NCBI GenBank assembly: GCA_025057955.1
Contig: JANXER010000002.1
Location: forward strand, 5,391 to 69,390
From: Candidatus Methanomethylicaceae archaeon
Lineage (GTDB): Archaea > Thermoproteota > Methanomethylicia > Methanomethylicales > Methanomethylicaceae
Direction: 5' to 3'
Length of the DNA: 64,000 nucleotides
The position numbers were made by a program, and so were the translations under genes. Under the pieces are notes generated by a model. The model ran no database searches, was not told the origin of the DNA, and saw only the letters and a program-made list of their open reading frames with translations. How positions within the stretch are numbered: the first letter of the stretch is position 1; each line of letters starts with the position of its first letter. Positions 20,012 through 28,515 of the stretch are shown here, in pieces.

Positions 20012-21170
20012 TCATTCCACCTCTCATAAATTCTACAAACACATTCCTAACGTTTTCTAAATCCCTTATATATACAAATTCATCTGCTCCATGAAAATTA
20101 GTATCATCGGCAATTACACCATAACTTATTATAGGTATTGATTTACTTGTGAGAAATCTTCCATCATTGCCACCTAAAGAGGCGCAAAGGGGGAGGGGAG
20201 ATCCAAATACCTTAGCTGTAGCTTCAATAAATAATCTTACGAATGGATTGGAGGGATTAGTTAAATAACCTCTATCTGGTTTATCCAAAGAGGCTATTAT
20301 TTTTCCTTTGATATTGATTTTATTCAAAAACTCAAAAAATTCCCTTTTTGCTTCTTCAGGATCTTCTTCTGGTATTAAGCGCATATCAAACTTCGTCCAA
20401 GCTTCCTCAGGTATTATATTTTCCTTTATTCCTCCTCCAATCATTGTAAAGGAAAATCTCCCCCATACCTTCTCCTTTGGTGATCCAGGTGGAGCAGCTG
20501 CTATAGAATGCTTTCTCTCTCTGAACCTTATAAATTCCTCAAATTTGCTTATTATGAAAGATAGCTCATGTATTGGATTAATCGCCAAATGTGGATAGCC
20601 AGCATGCCCCTGCCTTCCCTTCACCCTTATTTCCCCTCTTATAATTCCGCTTGCTCCTATGCCAATCATATTAGGGGAGGAATCTACAATTATACCAAAG
20701 TCCGGTTTTATATCATAATTTTCCATTAAATAACCCAGTCCTAACTCTCCTCCTACTTCCTCCTCAGGAGTTATAATCACCATAACATTGAATTTAGTAG
20801 AATTTTTAGCCAATCTCATAGCACCTAGTATTGTAGCAATACCTCCCTTATCATCTGAGGCGCCTCTTCCAAATGCCTTATTTCCTTCAATCGTAAGCTT
20901 AAAGGGCGATTTACTCCAATTTTCACCTGGTGGTACAACATCATAATGAGCAAAAAAGGCTATTGTAAATTTAGATGAGGCATCTATTTTTCCTATCACA
21001 CTAGGTCTTGGTATTCCATCCTGAAATTTTGGACTAAAAAAATCAACCTCTAAACCCAAATTTTCCATAATCTCTTTTATTATCAATGCACAATCATAAT
21101 ATCCAGATTTTTTAGTTACATCAGTATTTATTTCAACAAGTCTCTTGAGTATAGATAATTCGTAATCCAT
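19977..21170 (-). CDS. Peptidase M20 family (ArgE/DapE/CPG2-like) metallohydrolase
   Basis: 397 aa with HYDVV, GASDDKGG and EEEVGG motifs. Confidence 0.8.
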   Translation of the reverse strand: MDYELSILKRLVEINTDVTKKSGYYDCALIIKEIMENLGLEVDFFSPKFQDGIPRPSVIGKIDASSKFTIAFFAHYDVVPPGENWSKSPFKLTIEGNKAFGRGASDDKGGIATILGAMRLAKNSTKFNVMVIITPEEEVGGELGLGYLMENYDIKPDFGIIVDSSPNMIGIGASGIIRGEIRVKGRQGHAGYPHLAINPIHELSFIISKFEEFIRFRERKHSIAAAPPGSPKEKVWGRFSFTMIGGGIKENIIPEEAWTKFDMRLIPEEDPEEAKREFFEFLNKINIKGKIIASLDKPDRGYLTNPSNPFVRLFIEATAKVFGSPLPLCASLGGNDGRFLTSKSIPIISYGVIADDTNFHGADEFVYIRDLENVRNVFVEFMRGGMNAPISYYGNNK

Positions 21171-21220
21171 AAAACAAGAATGTAAAAGCTCTAAATATTA
21201 ATCTTTTTATGATGGAAAAA

Positions 21221-21778
21221 CTATGATAGAAAAACCATAATCCAAGAGATTGCTGCAAAAATCAACCAAATTAATTTGGACCAAGCAAATACTTTTGATC
21301 CATCCAATGGATGAAAAGGAATTAAATTGAAGGCAGCAAGCCAAGCGTTTATCTCATAGCCAATGTATAATATTCTCATCCAATTACTCATAATGAGAAA
21401 GATAAAAGCCAGGAGTAAGTTCATAAATGGTCCGGAAAGTGCTATTTTACCATAGGATTGTTTTTCTCCTTGCATAAAAATAGGAATTATATAAACAGCT
21501 CCAAGTGCAGCAAATACAAAGCTTCCTTTACTCAAAATAGAAATTGCTAAAGCCATTATTACACCTAGAGGCCAGATTTTATAATATGCTCTATATCCCG
21601 ATCTTTCTGCTGAAATTTTATGTGCTATTTCATGAAAAAGAAAACCAATGCCAGCAGTTCCAGCACATATGAGGAAGATCATTGGAAATTGTGAGAAATT
21701 ATAGAATATTGATGAAATGGAGAAGCATAGGCTTATTATCAACCAAGATACAACTATATCAAACAATTCCCTATTCAT
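21221..21778 (-). CDS. Membrane zinc metalloprotease, M50/site-2-protease-like
   Basis: 185 aa polytopic with a HEIAHK (HExxH) motif in a TM segment. Confidence 0.55.
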   Translation of the reverse strand: MNRELFDIVVSWLIISLCFSISSIFYNFSQFPMIFLICAGTAGIGFLFHEIAHKISAERSGYRAYYKIWPLGVIMALAISILSKGSFVFAALGAVYIIPIFMQGEKQSYGKIALSGPFMNLLLAFIFLIMSNWMRILYIGYEINAWLAAFNLIPFHPLDGSKVFAWSKLIWLIFAAISWIMVFLS

Positions 21779-22199
21779 TCTTCATTCCTCTAATGAATTT
21801 TTCTGCACTAATTACTAAATCCTTCAAGTTCTCATATTTCAATTTAGAGAGAGCTTCATCCTTGTTCATCCATATATATCCATCATGCTCTTCAGATATG
21901 ATTATATTTTCTCTATCTATCTCTCCAAGGAAATAAACAACTTCCTTTTTTATACTTTCACCAGCCCATTTATAATGATATTCTGCTTTTTTCCTGAAAA
22001 ATGGTATTATCTTTACATCCTTTATACCTGTTTCCTCCTCAAGCTCTCTCAATGCAGTCTTAAGCTCATCCTCTTCCGGCATCTGTAATCCCTTGGGAAT
22101 ATCATATTTGCCCTTGTTTATTAAGAAGAGGTATTTTATGTCATCTCCCTGTCTTCTGAATATTAAGAAGCCAGCAGATTTTTCCCTCTTCAAATACAT
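21771..22199 (-). CDS. NUDIX hydrolase
   Basis: Nudix box GLQMPEEDELKTALRELEEETG. Confidence 0.8.
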   Translation of the reverse strand: MYLKREKSAGFLIFRRQGDDIKYLFLINKGKYDIPKGLQMPEEDELKTALRELEEETGIKDVKIIPFFRKKAEYHYKWAGESIKKEVVYFLGEIDRENIIISEEHDGYIWMNKDEALSKLKYENLKDLVISAEKFIRGMKNE

Positions 22200-22234
22200 C
22201 GCCTCGTTAATCTATTTCAAATAGTGTTTTTAAA

Positions 22235-22672
22235 TCATTTGAATTTATTTTTTAAGTAGATTCTCTCCTCACAACTCTCCTTATATGGACGAATATAATT
22301 GTAATTTCTCTCAAATACTAAATTGGGATTTAATTTCTTCAAAAAATATTTACATACTGGTTCTGAGATCTCTTTGCAAACATTTCTTGTATCCAGCCCT
22401 AAGCGAATAGATAGCCAAAGTATAGGACAGGGATTTCTACATCTAGTTATCAATTCTCCATTACTAATCCTAATTACTTTCAAATTATCAATGCCAACCC
22501 TCAAAAAATCTAAATAGAAAAGTTTTAGAACTTCGTTCAAAGAATTTGCACTTTTGGGAACTATTTGCCATATAAAGGCATATGTAAAGAATATATATTT
22601 CATCAAGATTATTAAGATCTTCGCCAAAATCATACAATATTTCATTAATATTCTTACAAAAACTTTAAACAT
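22235..22672 (-). CDS. Hypothetical protein (N-terminal hydrophobic segment, several Cys)
   Basis: 145 aa with no recognisable family. Borderline protein-like. Confidence 0.3.
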   Translation of the reverse strand: MFKVFVRILMKYCMILAKILIILMKYIFFTYAFIWQIVPKSANSLNEVLKLFYLDFLRVGIDNLKVIRISNGELITRCRNPCPILWLSIRLGLDTRNVCKEISEPVCKYFLKKLNPNLVFERNYNYIRPYKESCEERIYLKNKFK

Positions 22673-22779
22673 ATCGATAGAAAATAATTTATTAGCTATG
22701 ATGTGCCATTGCAGAACTGATGAATGATGTATGACTCCAATACTGAGCTCTTTTTTAAAATATTAATTTCCATTATAAT

Positions 22780-23085
22780 TTAAATAGCCTCAATAACATG
22801 TTTCATAAGTGAATTAAGTAAATTTTCATCAATAGCATCGATCACATTAAATATAGCTTGATCAGTTACAGAATAGAGCCTTTTGTTCCCAACGTGTCTA
22901 TCTTTTAAAATACCACAGTTTTTCAATAGTTTAAGATGCTTAGAGACAATCGGTTGAGGAAGACCTATTTGGGGGGTTATCTCACAAACACATTTTTCCC
23001 CATCTCTTAAAAGCTCCAATATATTAAGCCTCACTGGATCAGCAAGGGCTTTAAATATTTTGGCTTTTTTTCTAAAAATAGACAT
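22780..23085 (-). CDS. arsR: ArsR/SmtB family metalloregulatory transcription factor
   Basis: 101 aa. ALADPVRLNILELL helix and CVCE metal site. Confidence 0.85.
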   Translation of the reverse strand: MSIFRKKAKIFKALADPVRLNILELLRDGEKCVCEITPQIGLPQPIVSKHLKLLKNCGILKDRHVGNKRLYSVTDQAIFNVIDAIDENLLNSLMKHVIEAI

Positions 23086-23106
23086 ATAGCATTATTTGAA
23101 AATGTA

Positions 23107-23120
23107 AATATTTAAATATT
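23107..23120. promoter_or_regulatory. Perfect 14-nt palindrome AATATTTAAATATT in the divergent ArsR/permease intergenic region, a candidate operator
   Basis: Seen in the sequence. AT-rich palindromes also arise by chance. Confidence 0.2.
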
Positions 23121-23139
23121 ACTATATTCTATTTAGCTT

Positions 23140-24207
23140 GTGATTATTATGAACATATTGGAAATAGTTATGGGGGGAATTGAAGCACTTCAAGATTATG
23201 TAGCATTTCATGTAATCACTTGCTTAATTCCTGCTTTCTTGCTTGCTGGAGCTATAACTACATTTCTCTCTAGAGAGAGTATCCTCAAGTATCTGGGATC
23301 TGAAACTAAGAAAATCATATCCTTTCCACTAGCTGCAATATCCAGCATGGCATTAGCAGTATGTTCATGCACAGTAATACCAATTGCCTCGGGATTATAT
23401 AGAAAAGGAAGCAGCATTGGTCCAGCCTTTATAATGTTATGGACTGCTCCTGCCATGAATATACTCGCCTTAGTCTACACTGGAGCTATTATAGGAATAG
23501 ACATGGCCATAATGAGAATTCTAGCCGCACTTTCCACATCTCTAATAGTAGGTTTAATAATGGTACTTGTATTTAAGAAAGAGGAAATAATGAGATTGAG
23601 GCAATCTTCCAATAAAAAATTGTCTGAAACAAAAATCATTAGTAAAAATGCATTTATATTAATAATCCTTTTAGTTGTTACACTATTACTACCAAATTAT
23701 CTATTAGCAAATAGACCTTACATTGAAAAAGTTGCATTATTCTCTATGCTAATGTTAATAACGATAATATACACTTGGCAATCAATAGACATTGATTCAA
23801 TAAAAGCTTGGTTAAATGAAACTCTATGGTTCGTTAGAATGATCTTCCCTCTACTTCTCGCAGGTGTGTTTATTGTAGGAATGGTAGGAGAAATACTACC
23901 AAGGGATTGGATAGCCACATGGTTTGGAGGAAGTGGATTATTAGCAACTTTTTTAGCCACTCTCATAGGAGCCGTAAGCTATTTTGCAACTCTAACTGAG
24001 GCTCCATTCGTTCATACACTAATGGGATTAGGCATGGGGAAAGGACCTGCCTTAGGATTGCTTCTAGCGGGACCTGGATTGAGTCTACCTAATATGCTTG
24101 CAATAGCTAGAATCTTCGGAACAAAGAAGGCTATAGTTTATATTATGACAACAATTGCTCTAGCTACAATTATGGCATTCATTATAGGAAACTTATTCTG
24201 GATTTAA
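23140..24207 (+). CDS. COG0701-type permease (ArsP-like, CSC motif)
   Basis: 355 aa polytopic. AVCSCTVIP recalls the ArsP TPFcSCS motif. Divergent from arsR. Confidence 0.55.
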   Translation: MIIMNILEIVMGGIEALQDYVAFHVITCLIPAFLLAGAITTFLSRESILKYLGSETKKIISFPLAAISSMALAVCSCTVIPIASGLYRKGSSIGPAFIMLWTAPAMNILALVYTGAIIGIDMAIMRILAALSTSLIVGLIMVLVFKKEEIMRLRQSSNKKLSETKIISKNAFILIILLVVTLLLPNYLLANRPYIEKVALFSMLMLITIIYTWQSIDIDSIKAWLNETLWFVRMIFPLLLAGVFIVGMVGEILPRDWIATWFGGSGLLATFLATLIGAVSYFATLTEAPFVHTLMGLGMGKGPALGLLLAGPGLSLPNMLAIARIFGTKKAIVYIMTTIALATIMAFIIGNLFWI

Positions 24208-24301
24208 TTTTTTATTAGTTTTTTAATACAATTATAAAATGCCTTTTAAGAGTCTAAAATTATATAAGTAAGGTTTATATAACTCGGTTATAATTAATAA
24301 C

Positions 24302-24724
24302 ATGGTGATTGATATATCAAAGATATCTATAATAGTGGCTTCTGAAAAATTAGATAAATTATTTCCAGCAGTTACTTTGGCAACAACAGCTACTATGATG
24401 GGCTGGGAGGCAGAAATTTTCTTCACATTTTGGGGATTATTAGCTTTAAAAAAGGACTATGAGCCAAAAGAGGTAAGCACAGATTATAAAATTTATGAGG
24501 ATAATTTGAGAAAAGCAATGAGTAGTGGTGCTATGCCAAATTGGAAAGAAATACTAGAACAGGGAAAAAAGACCGGAAAATTGAAGGTTTATGCTTGCTC
24601 CACAACAATGAATCTTTTCAATATAAAAGCTGAGAATTTAGCAGAATATGTTGATGATGTTGTCGGTGCAGCATTCTTCCTAAGTAGGTCAAAGGATTCA
24701 AATATTACTCTTTTCATATCCTAG
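24302..24724 (+). CDS. DsrE/DsrF-like sulfur-relay family protein
   Basis: 140 aa with a DsrE-like fold pattern. First gene of the sulfur-trafficking operon. Confidence 0.55.
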   Translation: MVIDISKISIIVASEKLDKLFPAVTLATTATMMGWEAEIFFTFWGLLALKKDYEPKEVSTDYKIYEDNLRKAMSSGAMPNWKEILEQGKKTGKLKVYACSTTMNLFNIKAENLAEYVDDVVGAAFFLSRSKDSNITLFIS

Positions 24725-24732
24725 GTGATTTT

Positions 24733-24963
24733 TTGAAAGTAGATTTAATTGTTGATGCAAGACATAAGTCCTGTCCAGGGCCACTTATGACATTAGTTGA
24801 AGCTATTAGAAAAGCTGTTCCAGGACAGATTGTTATGCTTCTATCAACCGATCCAGCATCTCCAAAAGATGTAGAAGAGTGGGCTTCTATTGTTGGGCAT
24901 AAAGTTATAAAAGTTGAAAAAATCGACGACACTTATCAAATATATTTGGAGGTTAAAACTTGA
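24733..24963 (+). CDS. tusA: TusA-like sulfurtransferase
   Basis: 76 aa with CPGP (CPxP) active site. Confidence 0.8.
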   Translation: MKVDLIVDARHKSCPGPLMTLVEAIRKAVPGQIVMLLSTDPASPKDVEEWASIVGHKVIKVEKIDDTYQIYLEVKT

Positions 24964-26198
24964 TTTATAGCGATTTATCAAAATCAATAAAAGAGCTCAT
25001 AGAATTTCATGGAATACCAAAAAGAGAAGTATATTTGGATTATGAGAACTCCGGCTTAATAATTCCAGAGGCTTTAAGGGCTATGGAGGAGGCGTATAAG
25101 TTTAATGGAAGAGGACATCCATCCATAACCCATTTGCCAGGTTGGCTTAGTTATGAGAGCTTGTTCAAAGCTACTTCAATTTTTGCTTCTATAATTAATT
25201 GCAATCCTGAGGAAATAGTTTATACTCATAGCGGATCAGAAGCAAACAATTTAGCAATATTGGGTTCTGCAGTAATTTCACCTAAAGGAAGAAGAAAGAT
25301 ATTTGTTTCTAGCATTGAACACTTAAGCGTAATATTTCCAGCTGAGAGATTAGAAGAAAGAGGCTTTAAACTCATAAAAATACCAGTTGATAAAGAGGGA
25401 TACATTGATTTGGATTTTATATCTGAGCATGTAGATGATGAGACTTTAATGATTAGTGTAGGAATAGTAAATCATGAAATAGGAACTATACAGGATATAA
25501 AAGCATTAAGAGATATTACTAAAGATAAAAATAAAGAAGTCTTAATCCACACAGATGCATGTGCTGCTTTAGGAAGAATAAAATTGGATATGAAGGAACT
25601 TGATGTCGACTTAGCATCATTTAGCAGTCATAAAGTCTATGGACCCAAGGGAGTAGGAGCACTATATATTAAGGAAGGTGTAAAACTGGAGCCAATAATT
25701 TATGGACAATTAAGTACGCAAAAGCTTTGGCCAGGAGTTGAAAATGTTCCTGGCATACTAGGCTTCTCAAAGGCAGTTGAAACAATATATTCAAATTTCA
25801 CTGAATACAAGTCTAAAATGATTGAACTGAGGGATATGTTAATAAACAGCATACTTAATAACATAGATCATACTTTACTAAACGGTCCATATGGTGATAA
25901 GCGTTCTCCAGACAATATAAATATAAGCTTCATATATTGTGAGGGGGAAGCTTTAACTGTTGAACTAAGTATGAATGGAATTTACGTTTCCAGCGGAAGT
26001 GCTTGCACTAGTCGAGTTTTAGAGCCTAGTCATGTTTTATTAGCAATTGGTAGAAGATATGAAGAGGCGCATGGAAGTTTGTTAATGAAAGTTACACCCT
26101 TTCATACAAAATCAGATATGGAATATGTTTTGGAGGTTCTACCAAGAATTGTAAATAGATTAAGATCCATAAGCCCAGTCAAACCATCCAATAGGTGA
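24960..26198 (+). CDS. iscS: Cysteine desulfurase (class V aminotransferase, IscS/NifS)
   Basis: SSHKVYGPKG PLP-lysine motif and SSGSACTS active-site Cys loop. Confidence 0.9.
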   Translation: MIYSDLSKSIKELIEFHGIPKREVYLDYENSGLIIPEALRAMEEAYKFNGRGHPSITHLPGWLSYESLFKATSIFASIINCNPEEIVYTHSGSEANNLAILGSAVISPKGRRKIFVSSIEHLSVIFPAERLEERGFKLIKIPVDKEGYIDLDFISEHVDDETLMISVGIVNHEIGTIQDIKALRDITKDKNKEVLIHTDACAALGRIKLDMKELDVDLASFSSHKVYGPKGVGALYIKEGVKLEPIIYGQLSTQKLWPGVENVPGILGFSKAVETIYSNFTEYKSKMIELRDMLINSILNNIDHTLLNGPYGDKRSPDNINISFIYCEGEALTVELSMNGIYVSSGSACTSRVLEPSHVLLAIGRRYEEAHGSLLMKVTPFHTKSDMEYVLEVLPRIVNRLRSISPVKPSNR

Positions 26199-26695
26199 GA
26201 AATTTGTCAAGTAGAGTTCCTCTCACTTATGGAAAGAAAGTTATTGAATTATTCAAAAATCCAAAAAATGTTGGTAAAATTGAGGGTGCTAATGCTGAAG
26301 CGCTTGCAGGAAGTTTAGCATGTGGAGATATGATTGCAATTTATTTAAAAGTGGATGAAACTAGTGATAAAATAATTGATGCTAAATTTGAAAGTTACGG
26401 TTGTGCAGCAAATATAGCTGCAGCAAGCATATTGACTGAAATGATAAAGGGAAGAAATTTGAGCGAAGCATGGAAGATCTCTTGGAAAGATGTATCTGAT
26501 GAGCTTGGTGGACTTCCTCAAGTAAAATATCATTGTGGTGTTCTTGCAGTTGGAGCGCTTAGAAGAGCCATAAGAGCCTATTATGAAAAAAGGCAAAAGC
26601 CAAATTGGTTACCAAAAGAGCTATCACAAGAAGAGAGGCATGCATTAGAAGAGGAAAAGTTGATGGAAATTTTAGCCAAGAGGTCTCAAAAGTAG
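26195..26695 (+). CDS. iscU: IscU/NifU-like Fe-S scaffold
   Basis: FKNPKNVG...ACGD...GCAANI...HCGVLAV. The start is GTG or TTG (no ATG precedes the conserved N-terminus). Confidence 0.8.
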   Translation: MRNLSSRVPLTYGKKVIELFKNPKNVGKIEGANAEALAGSLACGDMIAIYLKVDETSDKIIDAKFESYGCAANIAAASILTEMIKGRNLSEAWKISWKDVSDELGGLPQVKYHCGVLAVGALRRAIRAYYEKRQKPNWLPKELSQEERHALEEEKLMEILAKRSQK

Positions 26696-26701
26696 TACTA
26701 G

Positions 26702-26819
26702 TGCGGGGGGTGGGATTTGAACCCACGAAGGCCTACGCCACAGGATTTCTTAGTCAGATCTTAAGTCTGGCATGCCAAAATGGCAGCCTGCCCCTTTGAC
26801 CTGGCTTGGGAACCCCCGC
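26702..26819 (-). tRNA. Intron-containing tRNA, class II architecture; candidate tRNA-Leu(UAA) with non-canonical intervening sequence(s)
   Basis: 118 nt. Acceptor GCGGGGG/CCCCCGC with A73, 3-bp D stem, T arm GTGGG-TTCAAAT-CCCAC, 13-nt variable arm. An internal CAGA-CUUAAGA-UCUG hairpin presents UAA. A GCAGG/CCUGU helix encloses about 42 nt. Confidence 0.6.
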
Positions 26820-26926
26820 ATAAAAAAATATTTCCTCGGAAATATTTAGAGTTTATCAGTGGACAATATCGATATAAATAAATGAAACAAAAAAATTATA
26901 ATTTACTTGATAGGTTTTTGAATGGG

Positions 26927-27001
26927 GGGCCCGTAGCGCAGCATGGATAGCGCACCGGCCTTCTAAGTCGGTGGTCCCGGGTTCAAATCCCGGCGGGCCC
27001 G
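26927..27001 (+). tRNA. tRNA-Arg(UCU)
   Basis: Acceptor GGGCCCG/CGGGCCC. Anticodon loop CTTCTAA. T-loop TTCAAAT. Discriminator G. Confidence 0.9.
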
Positions 27002-27182
27002 CTTATTGCTTTATAAACTGCTTAATTCGAATTTTATAAATTTTTAATATTAATTAGCAATGTAAAATTTCGATTAGAGATCGCTTATCATTATTTAGGT
27101 TTCATGGTTTTATTTAATTCTTTTAATTTTCATGAGTAAAATTATAAATAGAAAAGCTAGGATTTAAAATTTTAACATTGAT

Positions 27183-28115
27183 ATGAGTGCTAGAAGGTTG
27201 CTTGCAGAAATAAATAACGAACTCTATGAAAGATTAAGAAAGATTGATGATACTGATGAATTCTTTGAATTCTTAGTAAAGCCATTGAAAAATACCATTA
27301 GAATAAATACTTTAAAGGTGAGGTTGGAATATGCTATAGAGAGGTTGCGCAATTATATAATAGGAAGAGTACCATGGTGTAAAGAAGGCTTCTATTTTTC
27401 CATAAGCGAATTTGGAGGTTTGCCTGAATATAAACTTGGAATTATATTTTCGCAAGAGGCGGCTTCCATGATTCCTCCACTAATTATGGAATTGCAACCA
27501 GGTATGACTGTATTAGATATAGCAGCCGCTCCTGGAGCTAAGACCACTCAAATAGCGCAATATATGGAAAATAATGGTTGTATAATTGCAAATGATATAA
27601 ATCCTATTAGAGCAAATATTTTAATATCCAATATACAGAGATGTGGAGTTATTATAGCAGCAGTAACAGTGAAGGATGGGAGATTCTTTAGGAAATTGAG
27701 AAATAAATTTGACTCAGTGCTTGTGGATGCTCAATGCAGCAATATTGGGATGATTAGGAAGAGTTATAAACATGCTAAGCTTTGGAGGCTAAAAAGTGTA
27801 TACTCTCTTTCAAAGCTTCAAAAGGATTTATTGGCCTCTGGAATTTATGCTGCAAAGCCAGGAGGGGTGATCGTATATTCCACATGCACCGTAGATCCTA
27901 TAGAGAATGAGGAAGTAGTTGATTATGCCTTGAGTAATTTCGAAGTAAAAATTGAAAAAGTGGAAGGATTGCCGATAAAAACTAGTGGAGCAATATTAGA
28001 GTTTGAGGGAAAAAAATATAGCGAAGAGGTGAGAAAATGCTTGAGAATACATCCACAGAACAACGACACCGAGGCATTCTTCATCGCCAAACTGAGAAAA
28101 TTAGAGAGTTATTGA
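27183..28115 (+). CDS. NOL1/NOP2/Sun-family RNA (cytosine-C5)-methyltransferase, catalytic part
   Basis: AdoMet motif DIAAAPGAKT, catalytic DAQCSNIG and STCT motifs. Terminates inside an A-run. Confidence 0.8.
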   Translation: MSARRLLAEINNELYERLRKIDDTDEFFEFLVKPLKNTIRINTLKVRLEYAIERLRNYIIGRVPWCKEGFYFSISEFGGLPEYKLGIIFSQEAASMIPPLIMELQPGMTVLDIAAAPGAKTTQIAQYMENNGCIIANDINPIRANILISNIQRCGVIIAAVTVKDGRFFRKLRNKFDSVLVDAQCSNIGMIRKSYKHAKLWRLKSVYSLSKLQKDLLASGIYAAKPGGVIVYSTCTVDPIENEEVVDYALSNFEVKIEKVEGLPIKTSGAILEFEGKKYSEEVRKCLRIHPQNNDTEAFFIAKLRKLESY

Positions 28116-28480
28116 AAACTCAATTTTATGCTGATGTAGATTTAGAATTTTATATAACTAGTAGAAGAGTTTATGCTTTCAAAGGGTGTAATTTAGAATT
28201 GAATTTTGTAAGAATGGGAATTCATTTTGGTACTTTGGAAGAGGATGGACTAAGGCTTTCCATAGAAGGGAGCTTTATAGTCGGTAAGGTTGCAAAGAAG
28301 AATATTATAGAATTGAGTGATGAAGATGCAATCAAATGGTTAAAAGGGGAGAATTTAGAAGTTAATAAAGAATTGAAAGGCTATTATATAATAAAATGGA
28401 TGGAATACTTTTTAGGATGTGGAAAGGCTTTAAATGGAAAATTAATAAATTTTGTTCCAAAGGATAGAAGGATCTCTTAA
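28037..28480 (+). CDS. RsmF-type C-terminal domain, apparently the frameshifted continuation of the NSUN gene
   Basis: Overlaps the upstream ORF by 79 nt in another frame. The conserved part begins IRELLKTQFYADV and ends GYYIIKWMEYFLGCGKALNGKLINFVP (RsmF C-terminal pattern). Confidence 0.5.
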   Translation: MLENTSTEQRHRGILHRQTEKIRELLKTQFYADVDLEFYITSRRVYAFKGCNLELNFVRMGIHFGTLEEDGLRLSIEGSFIVGKVAKKNIIELSDEDAIKWLKGENLEVNKELKGYYIIKWMEYFLGCGKALNGKLINFVPKDRRIS

Positions 28481-28515
28481 TTCATTCCGTCAAGTATTTA
28501 ACCATAAAAAATAAT

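Noticed and set aside
26605-26799. 64-aa plus-strand ORF overlapping the intron-containing tRNA
   Set aside because: It is antisense to a structurally convincing tRNA gene and its composition is GC-rich because of the tRNA. It is not a CDS.
26702-26819. Interpreting the tRNA as tRNA-Gly(GCC) with a canonical 37/38 intron
   Set aside because: The resulting mature tRNA would have a 13-nt variable arm, a 3-bp D stem and A73. None of these is compatible with tRNA-Gly, so the anticodon is probably supplied by the internal UAA hairpin.
28037-28099. Treating MLENTSTEQRHRGILHRQTEK as the genuine N-terminus of an independent gene
   Set aside because: This stretch is merely the out-of-frame reading of the NSUN 3' end. 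Conservation begins only after the frame switch near 28100.
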